A stretch of 64,000 nucleotides of DNA, taken from Acidobacteriota bacterium (lineage in GTDB: Bacteria; Acidobacteriota; UBA890; WLXD01). Numbering within the stretch: the stretch's first letter is position 1; every line of letters starts with the position of its first letter. The stretch spans positions 672,001-736,000 of the forward strand of contig CAXWPL010000005.1 of the NCBI GenBank assembly GCA_963666215.2. Reading direction: 5' to 3'. Positions 53,496 through 63,947 of this stretch are shown here, one piece after another. The notes beneath the pieces are model-generated. The model was not told the origin of the DNA. It saw only the letters and a list, made by a program, of their open reading frames with translations, and did not search any database. A program made the translations under genes and the position numbers.

Positions 53496-54107
53496 CTAGT
53501 TGGTGCCAGAGCCCTCGCCGGCCCCGCCGCTGTCGTCGCCCCAGCCACAGCCGTCACCAGGTTGCCAAAGGGGCTCGGGTGTCGAGCTCGCCTGGTTCTC
53601 GAAGCGGGCCATCACGAACAAGGCGTCGGACAGACGATTTAGATACGCCAGCGCGGCGCCGACGTCAGCCTCAGCCGCCAGCAGCACGAGATCGCGCTCC
53701 GCACGCCGACAGACGGTACGAGCAACATGCAGCGCCGCGGCCCCGGCCGAGCCTCCGGGGAGCACGAAGTTTTCGAGCGGCTGCAGCTCCGCATTGAGTC
53801 GATCGATCAGTCGCTCGAGCTCGGCCACGTGCGTGTTCTCGATACGCGGCACCTCGAACTCAACGCTCACCTCGCGTGGAGTGGCCACGTCGGCCCCCAA
53901 ATCGAACAGCTGATTCTGCAGGTGGAGCACCGCTCGCTGCAAGACGGGACACAGCTCGATGGTAGCCGCCACGCCAAGCTGGGCGTTGAGCTCGTCGACG
54001 GTACCGTAGGCGGCAACGCGCGAACAGTTCTTCGCCACCTGTTCGCCGTGAGCCAAGCGCGTCGTGCCGTCGTCACCTGTACGTGTGTAGATTCGCGTTA
54101 ACCGCAC
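53496..54107 (-). CDS. pduO: PduO-type cob(I)alamin adenosyltransferase
   Basis: IYTRTGDDGTT, AYGTVDELN, QNQLFDLG, FVLPGG, ARTVCRRAER, YLNRLSD. Confidence 0.92.
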   Translation of the reverse strand: MRLTRIYTRTGDDGTTRLAHGEQVAKNCSRVAAYGTVDELNAQLGVAATIELCPVLQRAVLHLQNQLFDLGADVATPREVSVEFEVPRIENTHVAELERLIDRLNAELQPLENFVLPGGSAGAAALHVARTVCRRAERDLVLLAAEADVGAALAYLNRLSDALFVMARFENQASSTPEPLWQPGDGCGWGDDSGGAGEGSGTN

Positions 54108-54417
54108 GGTCCACTCCCTCGATAGCGCGTGCCCCGCTAGCCGCATTCGGTCCGCGCGCTCTGTCACTTCCGTCGAACCCGTCCGATCGTACCAAGAAGA
54201 TAGGCGACGGAGAGGCTGCCGGGTGTTGCCGCGACTCAGCTGCTGCGGTTCGCGAGTCGAGCGCCGCGGCCACCACCAGCACGATCGCCGCCGCGACCAA
54301 GACAATGGCCCCAACCACCAGCGCGGCGGCGGTGAGTCTTACGCGTCGCTCAACCACCTCCGTGCGCCGCATCAACTCGGGGATACTCGCGCGAACCTCC
54401 TCCCATCGCTTCCGCAT
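54073..54417 (-). CDS. Small single-TM hypothetical protein
   Basis: RBS GAGG; charged N-terminus followed by a long hydrophobic stretch. Confidence 0.4.
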   Translation of the reverse strand: MRKRWEEVRASIPELMRRTEVVERRVRLTAAALVVGAIVLVAAAIVLVVAAALDSRTAAAESRQHPAASPSPIFLVRSDGFDGSDRARGPNAASGARAIEGVDRAVNANLHTYR

Positions 54418-54516
54418 GTCCTCGCCTCTGGAACCGCCGTCGTACGTTTGCTGTTATCACCAGTTGTGCCTCTCCCCGCGCTTTCATTCGCGTCGATCGC
54501 GACTATCTTTAGCCGC

Positions 54517-55467
54517 ATGGCTTGCACTCAGGGACAAACCACGCCGCCAAGATCAGCAACCCTGCGACTCGCACGCACCACGTTTTGCGGCGTACTGCTG
54601 GTGGGCCTGCCGACGGTCGGCCACATCACCGAGGCCAGCGGGACTGCCCAGGCTCGGATTCCGAGCGCGATGGCGCCGGTTGGACCCTTCGTCAACGTCG
54701 CGCACGATCTGGGTCTGCGCACGCCCAACGCCAGCGGAGGACTCGAGAAGCGCTACCTGGTGGAAACCCCGGGCACGGGGGCGGCCTGGATCGACTTCGA
54801 TCGCGACGGACGCATTGACCTCTTCCTGCCGAATGGGCATGGCGGACGCTATGTCGACTACGAGGACGGCAGCTCGCGGCTTCGAGTCGATCGACGCCCG
54901 CCCGACGAGCTCTATCGACAGAGCGTCGAGCGAGGCTTCGAGGAGGTCGGGCTGGACGCTGGCGTCGCGGCAACCGGCTGGGCGGCGGGCGCAACCACCG
55001 GCGACATCGACAACGACGGCTGGCCGGATCTCTACGTCACGCAGCTCGGCTCCAACGTGCTGTATCGCAACAATGGCGACGGCAGCTTCTCCGACATCAC
55101 CGACGCCGCCCGAGCCGACGACGCTCGATGGAGCAATTCTGCCGCGTTCGCCGACCTCGATGGCAACGGCTTCTTCGACCTCTATGTGACCAACTATGTG
55201 CGCTTCGACCTCGACGATCCGCCGTTCGACGGCAAGGACATCTGTACGTTCAACGGCGTCAGCGGCAGCTGCGGGCCGGTGATGTTCGAGCACGACAGCG
55301 ACCTGTTGCTCTGGGGTGGCGTCGAGGACCCCGGGGCTGGTATCCGCTTCCGCAGGCAGGATCAGCGCGAGATCCTCAACGCCGCCTACGCCGGCCTCGG
55401 TGTGATGCCCATCGACATCGAGCGTTGGTTTTTCGCGGCACACACTGGCCGCGATTCAATTATTTGA
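54517..55467 (+). pseudogene. CRTAC1 / FG-GAP repeat protein, truncated near 55425
   Basis: DFDRDGRIDL, DIDNDGWPDLY, DLDGNGFFDLY; the next repeat (PIDI) is cut; no ASPIC/UnbV domain. Confidence 0.78.
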
Positions 55468-55500
55468 ACGGCGGTTTCAAAACGCCGAAGAGTGCCCGTC

Positions 55501-55872
55501 TCAAAGCTGCAGCCGTTGTGCCAAGCCATAGAAGGTTGTGGGTTTCAGACCCAAGAGCGCGGCCGCTCTTGCCCGGTTACCACCGGTTTGCGCAAGAGCC
55601 GCGCGAACCAATCCACGCCGTACATCGTCGAGAGTTTCAGCGAGCGGTGCGCCGGGGCGCACCACGAACAGTTGCACATCGCCCAGGGCCACCGCCGCGC
55701 GCACCGTCAGGTGGACGGTCGCGTCGGCGCGAAGGTCGTGCGAACACTCGGGGCAGCGGACGCCGGCGATGGCCGGCAGGAGCAGATCGCCGCGGACCTG
55801 CTCCTCGATGTCAGCGCTGCCACCGCCCGTATCCGCGTCGAGGGCGCCATCCTCTGGGGGGATGCCAGGCAC
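55501..55872 (-). CDS. Small Fis-type HTH protein with CxxC
   Basis: ALAQTGGNRARAAALLGLKPTTF; starts 3 nt after the FabD-like stop. Confidence 0.65.
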   Translation of the reverse strand: MPGIPPEDGALDADTGGGSADIEEQVRGDLLLPAIAGVRCPECSHDLRADATVHLTVRAAVALGDVQLFVVRPGAPLAETLDDVRRGLVRAALAQTGGNRARAAALLGLKPTTFYGLAQRLQL

Positions 55873-55875
55873 GCG

Positions 55876-57021
55876 CTACTCCTCCTTCGTCACCCTCGCC
55901 GCCTGCTCGGGCCGCGCGAGTGAGATCACGAACGGGTTCTGCCGCTGCCGCTCCCGGAACACCTCGCGGCTATCGAGCCCGACCCAGCCCTCTTCGATCA
56001 GCACCTGTGCGACCGCCACGCCGAGTGAGTCGCCCGGGCCGAGCAACACCAACCGGTCTGGAGCATACTCGCGGATGGCGGTTCGTACGACGGCAGTAAA
56101 GTCGAACGGCTCGGTGACCTGCGTCGACAGCGTGTAGTCGTAGAGTTCGTCCGGGTCGGCGATCCGCGGCCTCCACTGCACGCCACGACCGTCAATGAGA
56201 GGCACCTCGGGCGAGCGCCAGGGCAACTCGCTCAGCTCCTTCAGCCCGAGAGAAGCCGCCGGGTGCATGATCGGCGAGTGGAACGCCGCGTTGCCGGCAA
56301 GTCGCAACGGATAGTCGTTCGATCCGAGCGTTACCGTGGGCAACGAGCCGATCAACGCCGCCCGCCCCTCGGCGCTCGACCAGAGCACGCGGAAGCCGCC
56401 GAAGCGAATCGAGTCGCCTCGCGAAAGACCGGGGGAAGCGCCAGGCTCCGCTCGCCGACCGAGAGCAGCCTCCACCGCGGCCGTGCGCTCAGGGTCGTCG
56501 CGCCAATCCTCTCCAACGGTCGGATAAACAACCTGCGCTCCGCCACAATCCTCTGTGGCCTCCGCCATCGTGGCCACCAACCGCATCGTGGCGCCGGCGT
56601 CGAGGACTCCGGCGCAGCAGAGGGCGGTGTACCAGCCCATGCTGTTGCCACCAATGGCGACAACATCAACGCGTTCGCGATCGAGCCCCAGATAGTCCTG
56701 CGCCGTGCACGCAAAAATCACCGGAGCGATATTCGGACCGCGCAGGAAGCGGCTGCGGAAGTTCCAGGCGCCATCGAGCTCACGCACGCCTAGCCAGCGA
56801 CTGCCGTCGTGCGAGCGTTGGCTGTCGAAAGAACTCACAGCGTCCGACAGCTCCCGCAGAGCTCCGGTGCCTGGTTCGTCGAGCGCCGCCAGCGAGCCCA
56901 GGTCGTTGGCTCCATAGCTTCCCCTCCCGGGGCACAGCACCACCACGCGCTCGCGCGTCGATCCATTCGGGCGTTCGACGCCGGGCCGCCGTCCATCCGG
57001 AGCTTCCTCGGTGCGACTCAT
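55876..57021 (-). CDS. FabD-like acyltransferase (ACP S-malonyltransferase family)
   Basis: CPGRGSY, GNSMGWY, AAFHSP; ATGA overlap with the E1 gene. Confidence 0.85.
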   Translation of the reverse strand: MSRTEEAPDGRRPGVERPNGSTRERVVVLCPGRGSYGANDLGSLAALDEPGTGALRELSDAVSSFDSQRSHDGSRWLGVRELDGAWNFRSRFLRGPNIAPVIFACTAQDYLGLDRERVDVVAIGGNSMGWYTALCCAGVLDAGATMRLVATMAEATEDCGGAQVVYPTVGEDWRDDPERTAAVEAALGRRAEPGASPGLSRGDSIRFGGFRVLWSSAEGRAALIGSLPTVTLGSNDYPLRLAGNAAFHSPIMHPAASLGLKELSELPWRSPEVPLIDGRGVQWRPRIADPDELYDYTLSTQVTEPFDFTAVVRTAIREYAPDRLVLLGPGDSLGVAVAQVLIEEGWVGLDSREVFRERQRQNPFVISLARPEQAARVTKEE

Positions 57022-59420
57022 GCGCGCGCCGGCGCCGCGGCGTACCGGTGGCGGACGAGCTGCAGGGCGCGCTCGACGATTCGGTCCTCCGACGGCAGCA
57101 GCTGCTCCCACGACGGACCGAGTGTCACGAAGCTGTCTTCAGCACAGACGCGCGCCAGGTTAGGCGCGCCACGACCCTCGCCCGGATCGTCCGGGTCGTC
57201 GTGCGGACTCAGTCCCTCGACGATCGCGGTAACGACCGCCTCGCTGAGCCCGCCGGTTCGACGTCCCTCATCCACAACCAAAACGGATCCGGCGCGTCGC
57301 GACTGCGTTATCAAGGTCTCGAGGTCGAGCGGTTGCAACCAGCGCAAATCCACGACGCGCACGCGCAGGTCGTTGTCCCGCTCGAGGCGACGCGCGGCGC
57401 GCAACGATCGCCACAGGCCGTTGCCCCAGCTGACAATCAGCAGGTCACACGTGCTCGTCGGCGGCGACCTGTCGTGGCGTTCCGATCCGTCGAGTCCAAC
57501 GCCACCCGGCTCGTACACCCGCGCCTTCGAGAACGGCGCGGCTGCAGTACGCCCTCCGGGCGCGGGGAACTTGGTCATCCATAGACCGTCTCCGCTGTCG
57601 TACAGGTCGCGGACGAGGTACAGCGCGATCGGCTCCAGAAATAACACCACCCGGCCGTCGACTCGAGCGAGCGCCATGCAGGTGCGCAGCATCCCAACCG
57701 CATCGTCGCCGCGGCTCGGGCAGGCGACGATGACGCCCGGGATGTCGCGCAGCGCGGCGATCGCGTTGTCGTTGTGGAAATGGCCGCCGAAGCCTCGCTG
57801 GTACCCCCAGGAGGCGATCCGCACGACCATGGGGTTGCGAAACTGGCCCTTCGAGAAGAACTGCAGCGTCGCGGCCTCGCCGCGGATCTGGTCGATTGCG
57901 TTGTGCAGGTAGGCGAGATACTGGATCTCGGGAACCGGCAGCATGCCCAGCTGGCCGGCGCCCAGCGCCATACCGAGAATGCTTTGCTCGTCGAGCAGAG
58001 TGTCGAACACACGTTGATCACCCGCCGCGGCTTGCAGCTCGTCGGTGATGCCGTACACGCCGCCGCGACGACCGACGTCCTCCCCGAAGGCCAACATCTC
58101 TGGATACTTGGCCAGAAGATCGCGAAGGCCCCAGTTGATCAGCCTGCCCAGACGCTCAGGGCCGCGCTGCTCCGGCAGTGATCTGCCCACCGCGGCACGA
58201 CTCTCGCCTGGCGAGTGGTCGACGAAGAACATGGCTTCGCGCTCGTCTCGATAGTCTCCGCGGCTGGACTCCGCGGCAACCGCATCAACGCTGAGCGGTG
58301 CGAGTGGCTCGACAATCTCCGACACACTGCGCAGATGAGGCCGCGACGCGGCTTCGCGCTCGGCCGCCTCCACGCGCTGACCGATTTCCTCGTAGCAACG
58401 CAGCAAAAAGGCGGCCGACGCGACCCCCGAGTCGATCGCGATCTCGCACGAGCGCCGCAGCGGATCGCGTGCCTCCGTCGCCTTGATCTCCTCCGACGTT
58501 CGGTAGGAAAGCTCGATGTCGTTGCCAGCGTGACCAAGAAGCCTCTCGAGGTCGAGTCGAAGCAACGCCGGCACCCGCTGCGAACGGCAGACGTTGGCCG
58601 CCTGCAGGGTGACCTCGAACGTCTCGACCAGATCGAGGCCATCGGCCTCGAAATAGCTCAGTCCAGGCCGGCTTCCCCACGCCTCTCGGACCCACCCCTC
58701 CGGCGTTTGTACCGAGATTCCGATGCCGTTGTCTTCACAGACGAACAGAATCGGCATCGGCCAACCCCGACGCAACGCCCACAGTGCAGCGTTGATCGCG
58801 CCGACGCTGGTTGAATGATTGATCGACGCGTCGCCCAGCGAACAGACGACGATAGCGTCCGACGGCACCGGCATCGGCAACCCGAGAACGCCACCACGGT
58901 CGATCGCGAATGCCATGCCCATCGCCTTGGGCAGATGCGACGCAATCGTGCTCGTCTGCGGCAGGATCCACATCGCACGACTACCGAACACCTTGTGCCG
59001 GCCGCCGGAAATCGGATCGTCGGCTGCGGCGCACAGCGACAGCAGAACATCGAAGATCGGTGTTTGACCTTCCAGCTGACGCGCGCGGGCCGCGAAGAAG
59101 CCGCCCGAACGGTAGTGCAAGAACGCTGGATCATCGGGCCGCAGCGCCGCCGCAACCGCGGCATTGCCCTCATGACCGGCGCTGCCGATCGTGTAGAAAC
59201 CCGTGCCGGCGCGCTTGAGCCGGCGGGCCGCCAAGTCGAGATGTCGCGCTTGAAACTGACACTCGATCAGCTCGAGGAGCGCGCGTCCGCTCAATCGCGA
59301 GCCCGGCCGAACAGCCTCGGCAAGATCTGCCTCTGACACTACAGGGTCACCTGACTCCACGCGAGCCGCCAGCTCGTCCCGCAAGTTACGGTCGATGGTC
59401 GGAGTCTGTGAGCTGCTCAT
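57018..59420 (-). CDS. Fused alpha/beta E1 of the 2-oxoacid (2-oxoisovalerate-type) dehydrogenase family
   Basis: FYTIGSAGHEG, LGDAS..EDNGIGIS, GEDVGRRGGVYG, DTLLDEQ, EIQYLAY, GGHFHN. Confidence 0.9.
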   Translation of the reverse strand: MSSSQTPTIDRNLRDELAARVESGDPVVSEADLAEAVRPGSRLSGRALLELIECQFQARHLDLAARRLKRAGTGFYTIGSAGHEGNAAVAAALRPDDPAFLHYRSGGFFAARARQLEGQTPIFDVLLSLCAAADDPISGGRHKVFGSRAMWILPQTSTIASHLPKAMGMAFAIDRGGVLGLPMPVPSDAIVVCSLGDASINHSTSVGAINAALWALRRGWPMPILFVCEDNGIGISVQTPEGWVREAWGSRPGLSYFEADGLDLVETFEVTLQAANVCRSQRVPALLRLDLERLLGHAGNDIELSYRTSEEIKATEARDPLRRSCEIAIDSGVASAAFLLRCYEEIGQRVEAAEREAASRPHLRSVSEIVEPLAPLSVDAVAAESSRGDYRDEREAMFFVDHSPGESRAAVGRSLPEQRGPERLGRLINWGLRDLLAKYPEMLAFGEDVGRRGGVYGITDELQAAAGDQRVFDTLLDEQSILGMALGAGQLGMLPVPEIQYLAYLHNAIDQIRGEAATLQFFSKGQFRNPMVVRIASWGYQRGFGGHFHNDNAIAALRDIPGVIVACPSRGDDAVGMLRTCMALARVDGRVVLFLEPIALYLVRDLYDSGDGLWMTKFPAPGGRTAAAPFSKARVYEPGGVGLDGSERHDRSPPTSTCDLLIVSWGNGLWRSLRAARRLERDNDLRVRVVDLRWLQPLDLETLITQSRRAGSVLVVDEGRRTGGLSEAVVTAIVEGLSPHDDPDDPGEGRGAPNLARVCAEDSFVTLGPSWEQLLPSEDRIVERALQLVRHRYAAAPARA

Positions 59421-59445
59421 GGAGTAAGCGCCGGGTTGAAGCCGG

Positions 59446-62400
59446 TTATGCGCCCGCGAGAGCCTCGTCCGGCGAGCCCTCACCGCGACGTCTCAGGAAG
59501 GCCTCGCGTAGGTCCATTGCCAGCGAGAAAACCGCGGGCACGAGAAACAGCGTGAAGATTGTCGACACCGCCAGCCCACCAACGACAACGCTTCCGAGTC
59601 CGCGATAGATCTCCGATCCGGCACCGGTCACAAGCACCAGCGGTGCCATCCCCATCACGGAGGTCATCGTGCTCATGAAGATCGGCCGGACACGGTCCGA
59701 GACCGCTTCGCGGAGAGCCTCGCGGTGCGGCAGATCGCGGTCGCGCATGTAATTCAGCGTTTGGTGAACGATGAGGATGGCGTTGTTGACCACGATGCCG
59801 ATCAGAATCACGAACCCGAGCATCGCGATGACGTCGAGCGACTGCGGCGCGACGAACGCGTTCACCAGCGCCAGCCCCATGAGTCCGCCGACAGCCGCGA
59901 AAGGCACCGAGAACAGAATCACGAACGGGTACAGAAACGACTCGAACAAAGCCGCCATCAGGAGGTAGGTCACCAACAGCGCCAGGACAAAATTCGACTG
60001 CAGCGCTTGACGCGCCGTGACCAGCTTATCGGCGGTACCCGCGAGCCGCGCCTCGTAGGGCAACGATAGCGAGCCGTCTGCCCTCATCGGCGCCACGATG
60101 TTGTCGCGGATATGCGTCATGGCGGTCTCGAGCGGCATGTCAGCTGCCGGGACCACGCGGATTTTCACGGCGCGCTGACGCTCGATGTGGTTGATCTGCA
60201 CCGGCCCCGAAGCCGCGACCACCCGCCCGACATCGCCGATACTCACCACGCGGCCCGTAGGAGTCGCGATGTTGAGCGCCTGAATATCCTGGCTGCGTGC
60301 CGCATACGAGGCCACCCCGCGCAGCATGAGATCGATGGCGCGCCCCTCATGCTGGTACTCGCTGACCTTCACTCCATCAACGAGGGCGTTCAGCGCGAAG
60401 CCGATGTCGGCGGCGGTCATGCCGAGCTCAGCGGCGCGCTCACGATCGGGGACGACCCGAATCTCCGGGTTGCCCAGATCGAGCCCGGGTATCGGCTGTG
60501 CCTGTGCGCCGGGCATCGTCGCCCGAACGGCACCGAACACACGGGCTCCGAGTTGCAGCAGACGAGCCAAGTCCGGACCCGTCAGATCGACGTCAATCGC
60601 GCGGCCTGGATCGGCGCCACGTTGAAAGATCGACGGCTGCTGAACCACCGCGAAGGTGCCGGGGATACCGGCGACAGCCCTCTGGATCACCGGCACGAGC
60701 TCGCCGGTCCGGTCGGCGAACTCCGGATACCCAATGGCCCCTATGAACGCGCCTCCGGCGAAGGAAACGAAGAAGAAGTACTCGATGGGCGGCGCGTCGA
60801 GCCTCGCGGCGGCAGCGCTACCGGGGGCGGCCTCCCAATACGGACTCAGCTGCGCCTCCGCAAGCTCGCCGATGGCGACGTACTCATCAACGTTGTAGCC
60901 AGGCGGCGGCAACATTATGCCGAACGCGAAGTTCTGATTCCCGGTCGGCAGGTACTCCGTCTGCGGGATCAGCAACCACGAGATCAGCAACGCACCTACC
61001 GTGAACGCCACCACAACGCCGAGCCGCAGCGAGGCTGAGCCGGTGAGCCAGTAGATCGAGTCGGCGATCCAACCATTGATGCCGGCGCCCCACGCCGCGA
61101 TCCCGCGCGAGCTCCCGCCGTCAGCGGAGTGGACCTTGCTGGTGCGAAGCACACGCGCGGCCAAGCTCGGAATCAACGTAATTGAGACGATCAACGAGAT
61201 CAGCACTGCCGCGCTTACGGCCACTGCGATGTCGCGAAACAGCTGGCCGGCCTCCTCCTGGACAAACAACACAGGCAAGAAAACCGCCACGGTCGTGAGC
61301 ACCGATGCCAGCACGGCCCCCCAGACCTCGACCGAGCCGTCGTAGGCGGCCTGGCGGCGCGGCTTGCCGCGCTGCAGGTGCCGGTAGATGTTCTCGAGAA
61401 CAACGATCGACGCGTCGACGATCATGCCGACGGCGAAGGCGAGTCCGGCGAGACTCACGACGTTGATATTGCGACCCAGCGCGGTCATCGCCAGGAACGT
61501 CCCTACGATGCTCACCGGAATCCCCAGGCCGATGACGAACGTGCTCGAGATGCTTCGCAAGAAAATCAGCAGCACGACCACGGCGAGCCCGCCACCAATC
61601 AGGATGTTGCGTTGAACGAGTCCGATCGCACGTTCGATGTAGTCGGCTTCGGAAAAATTGATCGTGGCTCGCATCCCCCGCTCGCTCAGCACGCCGGCAT
61701 TCAGCCCCGCCAGCGCATCTTCGAGCCCCGCCGTCACCTCCAGTGTGTTTGAGCCGGTTCGACGCAGAACGTTCATCGCCAATGCGGGCCGCCCGCGCTG
61801 ACGAACGATCGACTCGGCGTCGGCGTAGCCCAAGCTGACGGTCGCCACGTCGCCGACGTACACCGGCGCGCCGGCGCGCCAGGCAAGCACCACCTGCTCG
61901 ACATGTTCGGGTGTGGTGTACTCGCCCACGGTTCGAACAACGTAGCGCCGCTTGCCCTCGTCGAAGTCGCCCGCGCTGATGTCGCGATTCTCGGCGTCGA
62001 GCGCAACTGCCATGCGCTGCAGCGACAGCCCGCGAACGGCCAGCTTCTGCGGGTCGACGGTGACGTGCAGCTCACGTTCGCGGCCGCCGTGAACATTGGC
62101 CACGGCGACGCCAGGTACGCGTTCAATCGTGGCTTTGACGACCTCCTCGGCGAACTGTCTCTCGAGCTCGATATCGAGATCGACTCCCTCGAGGGTCTCG
62201 ATCGTGAGCCAGGCGATCGACTGCTCCTCGAAAGGGTCCTTACTGGTGATCACGGGCTTGAGCGCGGTGTCGGGATACGACTGCACCTGCTCGAGCTTGT
62301 TGTTGACTCGCAGCAGCAGCCCGTCCTGGTCGGTCCCGGTTTGGAAGCGCAGCTTGACTACACCCTGCGAGCGACGGCTCTCGCTGGTGATCTCGATGAG

Positions 62401-62628
62401 GCCCTCGAGCGACTTGAGCTGGTCCTCCTGCTCCTGGACGATCTCGGTTTCGATCTCCTCGGGCGAAGCACCCGGCCAGATCGTGGTGACGATGGCCTGC
62501 GGCACGTCCACATCTGGAATCAGCTGTACCGGGATACGAAACAGCGAAAGCAGGCCGAACAGACTCACCAGCAAAACGCCAACGGTGACGGTCACCGGGA
62601 AGCGAATCGAAGACTCGACGAGCTTCAT
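59446..62628 (-). CDS. RND efflux permease (AcrB/HAE1-like)
   Basis: 1060 aa; PGASPEEIE, GMIVDASIVVLENI, GIVVNNAIL, RVRPIFMS. Confidence 0.95.
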   Translation of the reverse strand: MKLVESSIRFPVTVTVGVLLVSLFGLLSLFRIPVQLIPDVDVPQAIVTTIWPGASPEEIETEIVQEQEDQLKSLEGLIEITSESRRSQGVVKLRFQTGTDQDGLLLRVNNKLEQVQSYPDTALKPVITSKDPFEEQSIAWLTIETLEGVDLDIELERQFAEEVVKATIERVPGVAVANVHGGRERELHVTVDPQKLAVRGLSLQRMAVALDAENRDISAGDFDEGKRRYVVRTVGEYTTPEHVEQVVLAWRAGAPVYVGDVATVSLGYADAESIVRQRGRPALAMNVLRRTGSNTLEVTAGLEDALAGLNAGVLSERGMRATINFSEADYIERAIGLVQRNILIGGGLAVVVLLIFLRSISSTFVIGLGIPVSIVGTFLAMTALGRNINVVSLAGLAFAVGMIVDASIVVLENIYRHLQRGKPRRQAAYDGSVEVWGAVLASVLTTVAVFLPVLFVQEEAGQLFRDIAVAVSAAVLISLIVSITLIPSLAARVLRTSKVHSADGGSSRGIAAWGAGINGWIADSIYWLTGSASLRLGVVVAFTVGALLISWLLIPQTEYLPTGNQNFAFGIMLPPPGYNVDEYVAIGELAEAQLSPYWEAAPGSAAAARLDAPPIEYFFFVSFAGGAFIGAIGYPEFADRTGELVPVIQRAVAGIPGTFAVVQQPSIFQRGADPGRAIDVDLTGPDLARLLQLGARVFGAVRATMPGAQAQPIPGLDLGNPEIRVVPDRERAAELGMTAADIGFALNALVDGVKVSEYQHEGRAIDLMLRGVASYAARSQDIQALNIATPTGRVVSIGDVGRVVAASGPVQINHIERQRAVKIRVVPAADMPLETAMTHIRDNIVAPMRADGSLSLPYEARLAGTADKLVTARQALQSNFVLALLVTYLLMAALFESFLYPFVILFSVPFAAVGGLMGLALVNAFVAPQSLDVIAMLGFVILIGIVVNNAILIVHQTLNYMRDRDLPHREALREAVSDRVRPIFMSTMTSVMGMAPLVLVTGAGSEIYRGLGSVVVGGLAVSTIFTLFLVPAVFSLAMDLREAFLRRRGEGSPDEALAGA

Positions 62629-63947
62629 GGATTGTCTTCCTCTGGATTGGCCGGAGCGCTCGGTTCTTGCTGCCTGGCGGCCGTCTGCGGGTCGGCGGCG
62701 ATGGGCCGATCGGGATCGGCTTCTGGCACCTCGAGCTCCAGAACCTGCGCGATCCGCACCGGCTGACCGGGGAATATGCGCTCGTTGCCACGCACGACCA
62801 TCAGGTCGCCGGGCGCCAGGGCGCCATAGACGATCTGCCAGTGGCCGCGCGCCGGCCCGGTTTCCACCGCCAGCTCTTCAACAGCTCCGGCGCTACCGAC
62901 ACCCTCAGCCCCGCGCACCCGGTAAATGAAAACGGTGTCTCCGCGCCGCACCAGCGCGTCCTTGCTCACCAACATTGCCGGCTGGGCACTCCCCAGCTGT
63001 GCCATCACTCGCGCGGCCATGCCCCCCTTGACGCGCTCCCCGGGATTGAGCACGCGGACGAGCACCGGGAACGTCCTTGCCTCAGGGATCGCCTGCGGCA
63101 CGACGGCCCTGACGATCCCCTCGTAGAGCTCACCGGGCAGCGCATCGAACCGCACGTCGACGGGGAAACCCGCTTCGACGGCGCTGATAAAACGCTCGGC
63201 GATCTGCACCGAGACCTCGACCTCCGACAGGTCCACTAACGACACGATGGAGTCGCCGGTGCCGACCCACTCCCCCAGCTCGACGTGTACGGCTGTAACA
63301 CGCCCGCCGAACGGCGCACGCACGGTCGCTCGAGACAGAAGATCTTGCAGGCGCGAGGCGTCGGCGTCGTAGCGAGCGAGGCTCTGCTCCAGTGCATCGC
63401 GGTCGGCGACCGCTTCATCGTACTCGCGCTGCGAGATCGCCCGGCGCTCCAGAAGATTCGCCAGGCGGTCGAAGTCGGAGGAAGCGCGGCTCAGCCGCGC
63501 CACCGCCTCTTGCTTGGACGCCACGGCGGCGGCGACCTCCATCTGCATCGTCGTCGAGCGCAACCTGACAAGGACCTGTCCGGCTCGCACGCGGTCGCCC
63601 TCGTCTACTAGGAGCTCGGCGGCGAGACCATCCACTTCGCTGGCGACCAGGGAGTTGCGACGAGCCGCAACCGTACCCAGCAGCTGCACGGGCTCGGCAG
63701 CGATGGTCTCTACTGCGGCTACCACGTCCACTGGCGCTGGCGGCGGGCCGGCTGGCATGCCGCCGTCGGCTGCCGCCGCGGGAGCCGCTCCGCTGCCGGC
63801 CGCCACAGGCTGCGGCGCAGTCCCACCCATCACCCGCGGCCACAAGAAGGCAACGGCTGCGGCAGCCAGGACGCCAATGAGGAAGCCGCCCAGCCACGAC
63901 CCACCCGAGCGTCGAGCTGTCGATGAGCCGGTCTTGTTGGTGTCCAC
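62625..63947 (-). CDS. RND periplasmic adaptor (membrane fusion protein)
   Basis: TM; VDEGDRVRAGQVL; VRAPFGG; ATGA overlap with the permease. Confidence 0.92.
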   Translation of the reverse strand: MDTNKTGSSTARRSGGSWLGGFLIGVLAAAAVAFLWPRVMGGTAPQPVAAGSGAAPAAAADGGMPAGPPPAPVDVVAAVETIAAEPVQLLGTVAARRNSLVASEVDGLAAELLVDEGDRVRAGQVLVRLRSTTMQMEVAAAVASKQEAVARLSRASSDFDRLANLLERRAISQREYDEAVADRDALEQSLARYDADASRLQDLLSRATVRAPFGGRVTAVHVELGEWVGTGDSIVSLVDLSEVEVSVQIAERFISAVEAGFPVDVRFDALPGELYEGIVRAVVPQAIPEARTFPVLVRVLNPGERVKGGMAARVMAQLGSAQPAMLVSKDALVRRGDTVFIYRVRGAEGVGSAGAVEELAVETGPARGHWQIVYGALAPGDLMVVRGNERIFPGQPVRIAQVLELEVPEADPDRPIAADPQTAARQQEPSAPANPEEDNP

